Shown here one piece after another: positions 1-12,104 of a stretch of DNA of 64,000 nt. Origin of the DNA: Balanoglossus misakiensis (Eukaryota > Animalia > Hemichordata); assembly GCA_040954595.2 (NCBI GenBank), contig CM082594.2:7212840-7276839 (forward strand), given 5' to 3'. The position numbers were made by a program, and so were the translations under genes. The notes beneath the pieces are model-generated. The model was not told the origin of the DNA. It was given only the letters and a program-made list of their open reading frames with translations, and made no database searches. The first letter of the stretch is position 1, and every line of letters begins with the position of its first letter.

Positions 1-2779
1 TTTACATTTGATACGCGAGCATGACCTTTTTAACCATGTTACACGTTTGTGTTGTTACTGATAAGAAAGGGTTTATTGAAACTATGATTATTTCGGACTG
101 ATGAACCTTTTGCCAAATGGTTCTGCCGTTGCCTTTGAGAATACATGTCCTCGAGATAATGACCGTGGGTCTTATTTCAAGTAATAGATTGGTATTACAA
201 AATGTTTAATACGCATATAGACAAAAGACATTTAGTTCACTTGGCCGTTTTCAGTCCACGAGGTAAAACTGATCGAAATCAGCATTATCGCTCCAGGGAT
301 TTGTGCAAATATCTCTAAGACGAACGGCCTTTTCATGATTGTTAAACTGTCATACTAATATCCAGCGAGGCAATCAGATATAGTGTGAACGCATGGGAGA
401 TATTACAACAGGGTTATTATCCATTTTATTAATTTGTGCTACCGAACATGGTAACAAAAACTGCTACCTACTGTTATTTCTGTCGATAGTATCAAAGGCA
501 ATTACCATTTGGATTAAAGCTTCAGAAAATTTCATTACCTGTGCTAAAATTTGGGGTTTCATGAAATCAACGACTGACCCCGTTCTAATCACGCTTTGTA
601 CTCGTTGTGTCTTTCCAAGATAGTATCGAAACCTTAGTCGCTTCAGCTACATCAATTTATACAAAAAACGAGACATTTTTCATTTCACCCCAGACAAAAC
701 AATCGTATCTCTGATTACAAATTAATATCAGAAGTAAAATTTAGACGTATGGTATTTCATGTGACATATTCAAGTTATCATCAAACCGCTTCAGGATAAA
801 CGATTTTGGGGGTAATGAAAAGGAGGAAACAATTTCCATGCTTATTTTATAATAGGCGCAATAATGTAAGGTTTCGTCCCAGCCAGATTGATATACATTC
901 ACGTGAACTTTTGCGCAAACGACGTCGCACGCACTATCATCATGGTGCACAATGTACTTTTGTGAGGCAAGACCGAGGCGTCGGTCGAACGTGGCACAAT
1001 AACAAGCAACCAATCACACGCATGTTCATCAATTTGTTTCACAGTGCGAGCTAATATGGCTGCCGGGCGTTCCATACATTGCTGCATTGTTCATCATGTC
1101 TGACGTCATTTCCTGTACCAAGCAAAGGAACAGTGCATGATTGTAGCAGAAATGTACTCTGATTTAGTGTACATGCTCTTCATGCTCTTGGCTTTCGTTT
1201 TATTTATGTGGCTCTTGTTGAAACAGGACAAAATGTTTCTCGTTGTAAGTCTTCCGCGATAATGTATTTCCAAGGAGCCGTGTTAATCTTACTACTTTAT
1301 AGCATATCCTCTACCTTCGTTGTTGTTGTTCTCTTTTACCTGAAACGCGTACCATTTTAAATGACAGACATTTTAATGGCTGTCACAATGTTAAAAGTCA
1401 GCGTTTTTCGGTTATAGGCTGTGGTTTCACCTCCGGTACATTAAAAATGTGTTCCAGTGCTTCATGTTTGTGAATTTATTTCCACATCTCTCGCTGTAGC
1501 GAAATGATTCAAGTAGATTAAATCGAACGTTTTTTTTGTAAATATTATGGGGATGAATTGAAATGAACTTGAGTCAATTCTGTTTTGATGTTTCAACCTT
1601 TTCGACCCCTCAGAAGTGCGTTCACTCAGAGAGTCAACATTTAGTCAAGTTGTCCCGGGGGTGCCCATCGAATTCCATTATCATCAATCGCCATGGCCGT
1701 TGCCAGTGCCTTTGTTGCGCGATTGACCTCGTTGCAATCATCGCATGTTTAAAAACCGACTTGGCACTTTCACGACAGAAACGGATTTTTTTTTAGCTGA
1801 CGCATCGTAAGTGCGTTGTGTCCCGCAGCATTTTTTGTTCGATCGACCACAGCTTTCTAATGATATCGTTCGAATAGGGGTTGCTGGCGTATACTACATC
1901 AGGGGTGACAAATGTCGTTTTCTCACCGCGTGACGGGAAATGTTGCTGAACTCTTCACCATTACTGACATGCACTGTAGTTTGTCTTGGGTCGTTTGGTA
2001 GAAAGGGACATGGTGACATAGTTTTTGGTTTAACCGGAAGAAAATGTTATAAGCATGTCTAATACCTGTCGGTGATGATTGTAGGGCTGAGGCGAGATGA
2101 CAGACTTTAGTGGTTGGAACACGCACTGTCTGCTATTCTTAGACTATTTTTACTGGAAAAAGCAGTTTGCAAACATGCCAATGCCCTTCATAGGCTTCTG
2201 ATAATTAATGCGACATTTCTGAATATCTTATAATCACAATATTCAAAATGTTGAGGATCTGTAGAGAAATTTGCCGAGGAACTTTAATCAGATGATGTAT
2301 GCGACATTTATGTTTCCACAAAGTGCAACATGATCTTATTGCGTTTATTGTCAAGGAGTCGTAAAAATTTGCAAAAATGCTAGTGCACTCTCGTGAGTTT
2401 CAGATGAATTAAACGACATGAAATGCATTTTGCCTGATGGAAATCTGACGCATTGTTTTTAAATAAGTGGCCCTCTCTCAGTATTTTATAACCGTACTGC
2501 GTTTTTCGAACGTGTATGTACACCCCTACAGGCTCACGCGACGACGCTGTTATTTCTCCGTGTTTGATCTCTTCTTGCAAGTGTACTGACGTAATTCTAA
2601 CTTAGCCAGATTTTTTTATATACATGCATTTAGAAATTCCGTACTTGTGTAGCATAATCCTTGTAGCCAGTTCCGACGGCCATAAAGAGCGAATGCAATA
2701 AGTTTGATAGACCGAACACGTCGGGGTTTTAATTGAAATGAAGATGAAAATAAGTTACGGTAGATACACCCACGTGTTA

Positions 2780-3030
2780 TACACCTGAAATATCAAAGTC
2801 TTAAACTTTTTTTTTCTGATATTTTGCTCAAGGAAACTTTAGATTATTCACTCGTACTTATTGAGAAAAAAAGTTCGGGTCACCGAGAAAAATTTTGACT
2901 AGAGCAAAGCCATCCGATCTCGAATTTGACATTCAAAATGGCCGCCATCTCTGTGTTGACTCAATAGAGAAAATATAAAGGAGTTGGAGAATTCTCATTT
3001 TTCTGACAATCTGTTCCGGGGCGCGTGCTT
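2780..3030 (+). mobile_element. Dispersed non-autonomous repeat, copy 1
   Basis: Core attcaaaatggccgccatctctgtgttgactc is shared in reverse orientation with copies near 3830-3870 and 8025-8065; flanking similarity extends roughly 200 bp. Boundaries approximate. Confidence 0.7.
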
Positions 3031-6000
3031 ATATCGAACCGGAGTCACAGCACGTGGCTTCCACGGGGTCATGGGTGTGGTCCTTCAACCAACAAGTGCC
3101 AAGGGTGGGACCCTCCCTTTTGTCGAAGGTCCACGAAAGGCATGTCGGGTGATACCAGCATGCATTGCAACAAGCCACGGCGTTGCCAACTTGGTACTCA
3201 ACGACGCCATTACCACCACCTCTGCCTGGTCTATCGGTATTCTCGTCGATGGTGCATCCTATGAACAAAAAATGAAATAATTTATAGGGATGTCTGGTTT
3301 CTTTTGAGTAACGCACAATCTGAAAAGGACTGTCGCATATATCTTCTACCTAACGATTTCTAAACGATTATTTGAAAAAAATGTAGAAATCCAGTGGCTG
3401 ACATCATACGTATGTACCACACTGCACGACAGTAAACTGGGGTGTACTTACCATGATACTCCTCCCGTATCCCGGAATCGAAGTCATGTGACCACGTCGA
3501 CTGGGGCACGGTGTCTTTGAGCCAACAATTGCCAAAGGTCGGACCTGGTCTTTTGTCGAAGGTCCACGCTATGCAGCCGGGCGTGTCCCAGCACAGAGCG
3601 CAACAGTCGTCTTGGCTGTGGACTTGATTTTCAGTGCCATCCACCATGTCACTGCCGGGCCTGTCCGTGTTGACCTCGAAAGCGCAGGTCCTCTGTTCTG
3701 TAGGTGCGAGAGTGTCAGCAAAGAATTTGTTTTTTAGAACAAAATAAAACATTAAAATGTACTTTGCGCTTTTCTTGCACAGTAATACGTTCAGCATCAT
3801 TCTGCCCGCTACTTGAAATTTTCTCGACATAGTTAACACAGAGACTGGCGGCCATTTTGAATTTCAATTTTGAGACAATTTTGCTCTCTCATTCAGAATT
3901 TTGCACGATGCCTCCGATTTTGATTCCCAATTTGAAGAGAGAGTAATCATTAGTTGTTCTGAGCAAAAAATCAAAAAAGTTTAAGCCTTTTGTTTGCGAT
4001 GCGCATACTATATTTACCTCCCAAGCAATTGCTTCCAGGGTACCCAATGTCGCAGTACTCCCAGGTGGTAGCGCCATCCACAGTGTAGCACCAAACGCCG
4101 CCTTCGTCCGAGTCCGGGTTTCTGCAAAAGTTATGGTCGCCTATCCCAAAGGCAGCGTACTCTTCTTGTGTGTAAGGGTGGTCGTTCGGATACTGGTCGG
4201 TCCAGAACTGGCACAGGTCGCCCAGCGCAGTGTTTGACACGCTGCCGCGATAGTCTGCTCCGTTCCAGTCGTGGTAGCATTCACCAAAACCAGGGCCAAC
4301 TTAAAAATGGAGACACAACAGATCACGTCATGCACTTGCGATCGCCATAAATGATGAACGGAAAAATATGTTGAATCAGAAATTGACGATAACTTGGGTT
4401 TAAAACTTTTTCATTGTCAATAATGATAAAACTCACGGGTTGGCACGGGTAGTTCTGGTTCATCATCTGTCAGGAGAAATATTGAGATATCGTGAATTGA
4501 TTCAGGAGGAATGTTCGGTATGGTTTTAGAGAAACACAATGCCTTATTGACGTAGAAAGTGTTCGTCCCTACCGTGGGAGCTAATAGTGGGCGAGTTTAT
4601 GAAATTGTCAAATTTGTACTCCCACATGTATAGATATACATTTCATGGCAAAGAAAAATAACGGAAACGGCCTCGTCTGTCTGGACTAAAACGGCGGCAT
4701 GTCAAAGTGTTACGTTAGTACGTACCGTTCGATTTGGGGCAGTTCTCGCCAATTTTGCCGACGTCACATAGACCATAACCAGGTTCGTCCGCCACCACGC
4801 ACCACGCCCCGACGTCTTGGTCGGGGTTGCGGCAGTGGTTGTGATCCCCCAGTCCGGTGCCCGGGTGATCGGCCACGTAGTCCGCGTAGTCGGACCACTT
4901 CTCGCACGTCTTGCCGCGCATGGTGACCGACACGGCGCCGCGATAGTCGACGGCGTTCGGTTGCCTGAAGCACTCGTCATGGGCAGCAGTAGCTGCAACG
5001 ATTGTAGCGCGGATGCTGCTAGGTTGACTGGTGTATGTGGGGCTGCGACCACCAGTCAATCTAGCTGCACCCGCTACAATCGCTGCAGCTATAGGGCAGC
5101 ATGTTTGAACAAATCACAGAAAGACGAAACCCTGCATGCATGCATGCACGCACCCTTTCCTGCTTGCTGCGTACGCGATCAACGCGTACCCCATGCGTTT
5201 AAAATGCACATTATTTCAAGGGGTACAACATTCAAAGTAATTAACAAAGGATTGCACGGTTTGCCCCTTTTCACCACCATGGTTTGACCCAAACCAAAAG
5301 TTTTCTACGGTAAAGTTATACCTCTACATAGGAAACTCTGGTGACCGTTCAAATCCAGAAGGTAGAATTGTTCAGGTTTTTCTCACATGCAAATTAATAA
5401 ACTCAAGAACTGATCAGAAGTTATGCAAATTCAGTCAATTTTGGACATTATGGGATATTTTACGTACGGTCATGGCCACCGTCTCCTGTTTTGTTGTCTG
5501 GAAAGGAAGACGAAGTTTGGAAAGTTAGATTTTACACATGACTGCGCATGACTGATTGACCGACCAATTGGACGGATTGACGACTTTCTAGCTGCAATCT
5601 TGTTGATTTTCTTTAAGAGTTCCCACTGGCAATATCAGATCTTGAAATTTGATCGCAAATGCTTCGTTACGACTGTTCCTCCGGAATATGGAACACCGCG
5701 ACAGTAGATAACGTTATAAAAACATAATTTTCGCGAACTTCCGTTTTAAATGTAGAAAAAGCGGTGTCAAATGTCTCTCTCGCTTAAATGTCATCAGAAT
5801 GTCTTACCACATTTGTAGAGCCGATTTATCTTGAACAGATCCACTTCACTCAAATCGTTGCGCGTTCCAAGCTGGATTTTTGTTTCTTTCTTGGGTATAA
5901 TCGTCTTCTGCCCTTTCTGTTTGTAGTATGCGTCGCTTGGATAGTGGAGGAGGGATCCGTAATCGTAGGGCGCCCCAAGAGAATCCAGCAACGTATGATC

Positions 6001-7945
6001 ATACTTCTCGAAATTCTTGGTCATGCCTGATTTACGGCCGCAGATATAAAAACCGAAACAGAAATATTTGACCAACAGAAGTCTGATAATTTCTTACATC
6101 TCCTATTACAGTGAGTTGTCGACCTTTTATCCAGAATGTCAACGTGATTAGACCCTCTCCCAAGAAATAGAAACCTATAGATTTAAGGCAGCCAGAATTC
6201 TTGAGATATTTGAAAATACACCCCTCCCACAGCGCGGCAACCAAAACATGCCCATGTCCTTTATCGTACCTGGGAATATGTTCGCATACACTATTGTAAC
6301 GTATTCATCCCTGTCCGTCCGACTCTGCTCGTGATAAAATCCGACTAAATGCATGAATTCGTGAAGGATGGATCCCAACTTTGTGGTACACTTCCCGCCA
6401 AGTGACAAGTCTTGTTTGCCTCCCAGTCGGCCGACTTCGGAGTAACACCTGTCGTTTGAAATGACGTTTTACGGCAGTAAGTTGGACGGGAAATTTTTAG
6501 AATGTTGGTTCAATCGTGAAACATATTTCCTACAGGCAATTCTGAAATTAATCTTCTCTTCTTAACCTGGTGACGTTCGAAATTTCCGTGATCAGTGGAA
6601 ATCCTTTTCATAAATATGGCCTCCGTAATTTGTAATACCTGGTACTTATAACTGGTTATCAATTATTGAGCATACAGGTATCAATGACAGATGGGAAATA
6701 TCGCAGGTTCAAAACACAACTTGTCTGTGTTGCAGTACCATACACGTGATAGCAAAGACAGTTGGCATGTCCTTTTTTTCCAGACAAGCACGACAAGTCA
6801 TTGATTTCTTTGAGCTTCCTTGCCTCGATACTTGTACTGTATTATGATATGTATTGTGAAATTCGTACCCTCTATTTGATGCGATGTTCACATAATCCTC
6901 CTCGTCAGTTCGTTCTTGAAAACGGATGCACGTCACACGCTCAAACTCTCGCATGGCAACAAGTATGCGCTCCTTCGCATCATCGGCTATAGAATGAAAC
7001 GAAGTCCGTGTTATTGTACACTCACTTTGGAATGCACCTCATTGAGAAACAGTCACTTGAGAGAAATTTTGCATTTTATTTTATCATTGTTACGCAAAAA
7101 ACGACCTACTTACGGAAAGCATCGTCGATTGTGTAGAACACAACGCCGTTCCTCCATAGCTTGCTCGTGTCTCTGAGAGCATTGCGATATGCCTGGGATC
7201 GAAGGTAAAAGGTGTAGTGAGAAAACAACGCACCAAATCCGTGAAAATAATTTTTTGTTAGCATGAAAGCAATTGCTGATATTGTAGCTTCTCTCAAATA
7301 TAGGATCTTGTGTGAAATATAGAGAAAAAATGCTGGAGCAGAACAGTTAAGTGGGGTACACTGTGCCAAGGCATGTCATCCGAGCCGTCGAATGCTACAG
7401 AAGTTCCATGTCTGCCTGAGCTAGGGGCCTTGAAATCCAACACTTGTTATATTAGACCCCTTACCATACTCTATGTTCAGTTTTATATCATTGAACGTGG
7501 CAGCTGCGTGTCTGAATATTAACAAATATATAATGCATACCGATTTTCCTAAGAACACGTCTCCTTCCAACAAAACATCTGCATCCTCTGCGCGTACAAT
7601 AATATAAAAGACAAAATTTCAAAAATATTCAGTTGAGTGACCCTTTGTGCCAACAGAAAGTCACCACAAGAGTTTGAAAGTCAAAAGTGTGGAAATCCAC
7701 AGCTCCATGCCTTTTACATACCGTCAATTATTTCCTGGTTTTCGCTGAAAATGAAATCAAAGCAATCTTCTTCGTTTATTCCAAAATTGTCGTGTTCTGA
7801 AAAATATGCGATGTCAGATATTAAGGTAGCGTACAATTTGACAATATGCACATGAGCGAGGATATCGACAATGGCCAATGTTTGATACAGAACATATAGA
7901 TTATCATTTACCTTCCTGTGTTGCATGGTATACACTGCGTTTTCT
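3029..7945 (-). CDS. Astacin (M12A) zinc metalloprotease with 2 kringle and 2 PAN/apple domains; multi-exon, 5' end unresolved
   Basis: Phase-consistent GT-AG exons: 7945-7912, 7796-7722, 7587-7541 (prodomain LLEGDV), 7192-7114 (RNALRDTSKLWRNGVVFY), 6986-6869, 6448-6270 (HEFMHLVGFYHEQSRTDRDEY, the astacin zinc motif), 6026-5808 (YDYGSLLHY), 5497-5468, 5088 or 4992-4726 (kringle, DYRG...HNHCRNPD), 4299-4018 (kringle, HNFCRNPD...WCY), 3697-3452 and 3258-3029 (PAN-like, CC..C...P.C..WTF...CWLK). Stop TAA at 3031-3029. Confidence 0.9.
3800..4010 (-). mobile_element. Dispersed non-autonomous repeat, copy 2 (intronic)
   Basis: agttaacacagagactggcggccattttgaat is the reverse complement of the copy 1 core, with mismatches. 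Boundaries approximate. Confidence 0.65.
4990..5091. mobile_element. 102-bp palindromic (MITE-like) insertion with TAG...CTA termini at the kringle-1 exon start
   Basis: Left arm tagctgcaacgattgtagcgcggatgctgctaggttgactggtg is close to the reverse complement of right arm caccagtcaatctagctgcacccgctacaatcgctgcagcta; gggcagca occurs on both flanks. Confidence 0.75.
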
Positions 7946-7949
7946 CTGA

Positions 7950-8210
7950 AAGAACAGAACATTCAAAATCGAATATTTAGGAAAACCTATGGTAAAATCA
8001 CTGATGAATTTAAGTGTTCTCCCCATAGAGTTAACATAGAGATTGGCGGCCATTTTGAATGTCAAATTTAAGACATTTTTCTCTCGCACTCAAAACTTTG
8101 CTCGGTGACCCTATACGAAAATACTAAAATTTATGAGAGAACATTTATCTAACATTGCCTTGAGCAAAATAAGAGAAAAAGAAAAAGTCATTTGAAGACG
8201 TAGATACTCT
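7950..8210 (-). mobile_element. Dispersed non-autonomous repeat, copy 3
   Basis: gagttaacatagagattggcggccattttgaatgtcaaatt...ctcggtgaccc...ccttgagcaaaata mirrors copy 1 (tattttgctcaagg...gggtcaccgag...aatttgacattcaaaatggccgcca). Confidence 0.7.
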
Positions 8211-8797
8211 TCTAACCATATGGGAACATGAAACTGTAGTTACAAAAGTGCACTGTCCATGAAAAAGTGATTTGATACTGATACTAACGGCCTTTCGTGG
8301 CCTTGCCGACGGAATGAAATGTCTAAAATATCCACACTCTGATCATTGATCAAGTGTTTCCCGTCTTTATAGTTAAAAACTAGTAAATGCACTTGAAGGA
8401 CACCTCCGCGTGGCGCTCTTCAAATTACAGATCATTTGCATAATTAGGCAGGAAACTGATCGCTGTTAATGTGCTGGCTAATGGTTTCATAAAATTAATG
8501 AAATAATGTCGTAGAATTAAGTGAATTATATACACTAGACATCACGTATTGGTGATAAAAATGGTTTAATCGTAGGCCTACTTCTAAACTCCAGCAATTT
8601 CACCCATTCAATCTATGATGGTAATGATGATGGGAAAATCCATGGGATATGGTTTTCATAAAACAATTTCAAAAAAGAGGTCCGTATATTTTCAAATATT
8701 GAAAGGATATTTGTATAAAATAAAGCCATATGCACAAATAAAAGTGGACATTTGTGTTTTTCTATATACATTTATTGATTTGTTTGTGTGAGGCGAC

Positions 8798-8860
8798 AGC
8801 ATATAAGAATACCGTACCGCGTAAGTAAAAGACGTCGCCGTACCCTTCATCTGATTATAA
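8798..8860 (+). repeat. Short dispersed repeat family (taagtaaaagacgtcRccgtaccct), copy A
   Basis: Near-identical to 11517-11551 (+); related reverse-strand copies at ~11424-11481 and ~14424-14471. Confidence 0.7.
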
Positions 8861-11423
8861 TCAGGTTGCGTAAGCTTGTGCTCTGTGCGCACAGAAGTGA
8901 CGTAAATGGACATGAAGCATGCCTGCGCATGGCAAATCGACTTTCGACAAAAAAAGGACATTTTAATTTTCAGTAGCTCGCTGACTCACCAACACTTCCG
9001 GTAGTTCACGTTCTCTCCCCGAGCTTTTTAAAATCTGCGGTGAGTTGGAGTATACCTGTCGGAGAGGGGAAAAAGACACAACAGCGAAGAAAAAAAGTCA
9101 TTTCACGTCCCAAATTTCATGATTGCAAGCAGTGTTTATATATGTGTATTTTCCGAGGCATTTAAAATCAACATTCAGTGTGAACAAGCGACACATAAGC
9201 TAAACAGGGTAACTAAATGACGTTGGTTTGTTCGAGACGAGCACGTGTCGTACCTGTAACCGATTAAAATATGCTTCTATGTACACTTCCACGTAAAAGG
9301 CCAAGCAGATTTTCAGCTCATGGAAAATTGCTTGTGGTGCACAAACATTAGAAATCTGTTGTGTGATCTTTGACATTCTAATATTTCGTGCAACAACACC
9401 TAGAAATGAAATACTATATTTCTGCGCGCATTTAAACAGGAGTAACACATCTGTGGTATAAATGTAGTGTACAAAACGCAATGACAAACTATGCCAGGGT
9501 CTCATTCTCGCATCTGTTGGCTTAGATATGCAGCCCTGTCCGAGTTCAGGTGCTAGAAATGTGTTCAGATTTCGACCAGAGGAAATTTTGCGCTGACAGG
9601 GTATGATAAGCGAAAACCAAACGGAGGCATTTGTTTAAGTATATAAACTGGCGAGTGTGTCCTCGATACTGCATAATTAGATTTAATAAATAGAAGCTTT
9701 GGACCCCGGCATGGTGACCAACGAGTTAAAACCATGCTCTGGAGAACCCCCCCCCCCCACTCCCCCCCCCCGAGACTGTAGCGAAATGTTCCCTCACCTC
9801 TGAGATGATGCAGGCGATTGTGACCAGTTTCTGGATAAGTGGTTTTACCCCGGTCCTTCCGCCCATTGCACTGTCGAAGATGAAAAGCAGCCTTTGTCAC
9901 AGGGTGTTTGAAAAAGAATGAACGGCGGCCAGGATGTGAGCTATCATATATGTGACTGTTCGCAATCACATTAATTGTTTTCTGTCATAATTGCAATTAT
10001 AATGAGATATTCCGCTACATCCTGAAATGTAATTAAACTCAGGATGTTATCACACTTATATTGGCGTTATTTCTGTACGGAATTATCTTCGCGTCGAGTT
10101 GAAAATTTGACGGCAGCACTGAAAAAAACCCACCTACATACAGGAGAAGGAATTTGCGTCGGAAATATCCGCAATGATAAAATATTCCACAGGCGTGTGG
10201 GCGTAGCCAATACAGGGCTGGCCATTTTTTGTAAGGTGTAAGGTAATTTCTATGCAGAAGTTGGCGACATTTTCCACATTTGACGGATATCCAGAGTTTT
10301 GCAGCCACGCCCAGTTGTGAAAATGTAGATTTTGTGTACACCCTTTTCTGTTGGTATACATGTACATAGCATTTGCGGGGATACACTTCCAAGGGCGATG
10401 ATGACATTTTGACGTCCGGGACTCTCACGCAAAGGCGCTACTGCATTTACCAACCCACAAAGCAAGGGAAATTACAGTCTGCATTATGTCACTGTCGAAA
10501 CAAAATACACACAGACAGAGACAGACAGCAGACTTCTCTAATGAATTTGTCATACTCGTCAAAGAGTGGTCTTGTGTGTTTTAACAATACACAGGTACAT
10601 GTATCATGTTTCACAATCGATGAAGATTGTCTAAGATTGTGACCGTCATTTGCGGATTTGTTGCGTTCCATTTAGACACTTTAATCAGTTGATGAAAGTT
10701 AATATCTTTGTTGGGATCGACGCTGTGGCCTGGATAAACTGACTCCACGCTCTCGCAGTCTCGGTTACCCAGCGCAAGCGGAAGAAGCAGAGGGTTCTGG
10801 GTAATCGGTAACGCAGACTCGAAACCATTATATCACCCGAGCGTTGATTGGGTGATTGTTTTTTGTTTATAGCAGAGCCTGTTGCATAATTTATCGTCAT
10901 TCGCGCGCACTTGTATGTATGTGACTCAAACCTCCTCTTTAGCATAATTCAGCTGGTCAGTGACGTCTGTCAAATTATCAAATTTCTTCGTTCTGACTTC
11001 ACAAAACTAATGAAACTACGCACGCGCGCGCGGATATCGTATTTCACACGTGTATCCGAGGCTTTCGTGCGGTGCAAGGGAATAATCGGAGACACAGAGG
11101 GTGTAAACAAATTTTATGTCCAAGGGGGAAAATAATTTTCCATCTTGGTGACCACATGTCCGTCACCAAGCAATTATTTCCACTATTCATTGCTAAAACG
11201 AGAGAAAAGAGCAGTGATTAACGCTATGAAGCAAAATGCACGCCCATGAACCCCGGAAACGTGAAAGCCGACTCAATTTTCCTTCTCAAACTTTGCTTTC
11301 AAAAATCAGCGAACAGAGCCTCAGCCATTGCCACGCCCTATGTACAGGCAGAACAGATGAATCTCGTGTAACGAAATTGCTTTTGCGACAAACCAAGTTA
11401 TATGTTAGAAGCAGTCTGGTTAA

Positions 11424-11551
11424 AATCACATGTAGGGTACGGCGACGTCTTTAACTTGTGCTGTGCGGTATTCTCTATGCTGTCGCCTTACAGTACACCA
11501 TGAAATACTGAACGGAGTAAGTAAAAGACGTCACCGTACCCTACATCTGAT
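11424..11551. repeat. Inverted pair of the same short repeat, forming a MITE-like hairpin
   Basis: aatcacatgtagggtacggcgacgtctttaactt versus aagtaaaagacgtcaccgtaccctacatctgatt, reverse complementary with few mismatches. Confidence 0.65.
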
Positions 11552-11893
11552 TTTTTAAAAAACAGATTGACGTTGGATGTATCTGTGACCAGGAAATCAG
11601 CACGAGGCAATAATCATTCGAGAAGAATGGACTACTACTTCTCAATCGTTTGAAACCAAGATTACCTAAACAAAGGCCAACTTCGTTAAACCGCTGTGCC
11701 CTTGGGGTATATACTAGTATGTTTTACGAGTAGTTGACTCTATTTACATAAATTGGAGAAGCAATCTGGACAATAAGCCGGCTTTTTTCATGTCGATATT
11801 CCGCGGTATGAAATCAGAGAAAGTGATTATTCGAGGGCCGGCCTACCTTGCCTATAGAAACCAACTTTATCCAGACTTGCATGTCTTATATGG

Positions 11894-12104
11894 CGTTCAC
11901 ACGGGAACCATTGAAACGTTTCTGAAACGTGTCAGCTCAAATGCTGGCATAAATTATAACGTGTGAACGGTTTAAGTGGTCCTGAAATGTTTCAGGTTTG
12001 AGACGGCTTTGTGAGGACACAAAACGTCTCAGGGGATTAATACCCTGTGTTTACAAATGACAAATTGTGTCTCTGAAACGTTGTAGTTTTAACTAGTGTG
12101 AACG
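11894..12104. mobile_element. Possible degenerate PIF/Harbinger-like MITE
   Basis: Terminal inverted cgttcacac/gtgtgaacg, an internal third gtgtgaacg and repeated tgaaacgt motifs; no clear TSD seen. Confidence 0.35.
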
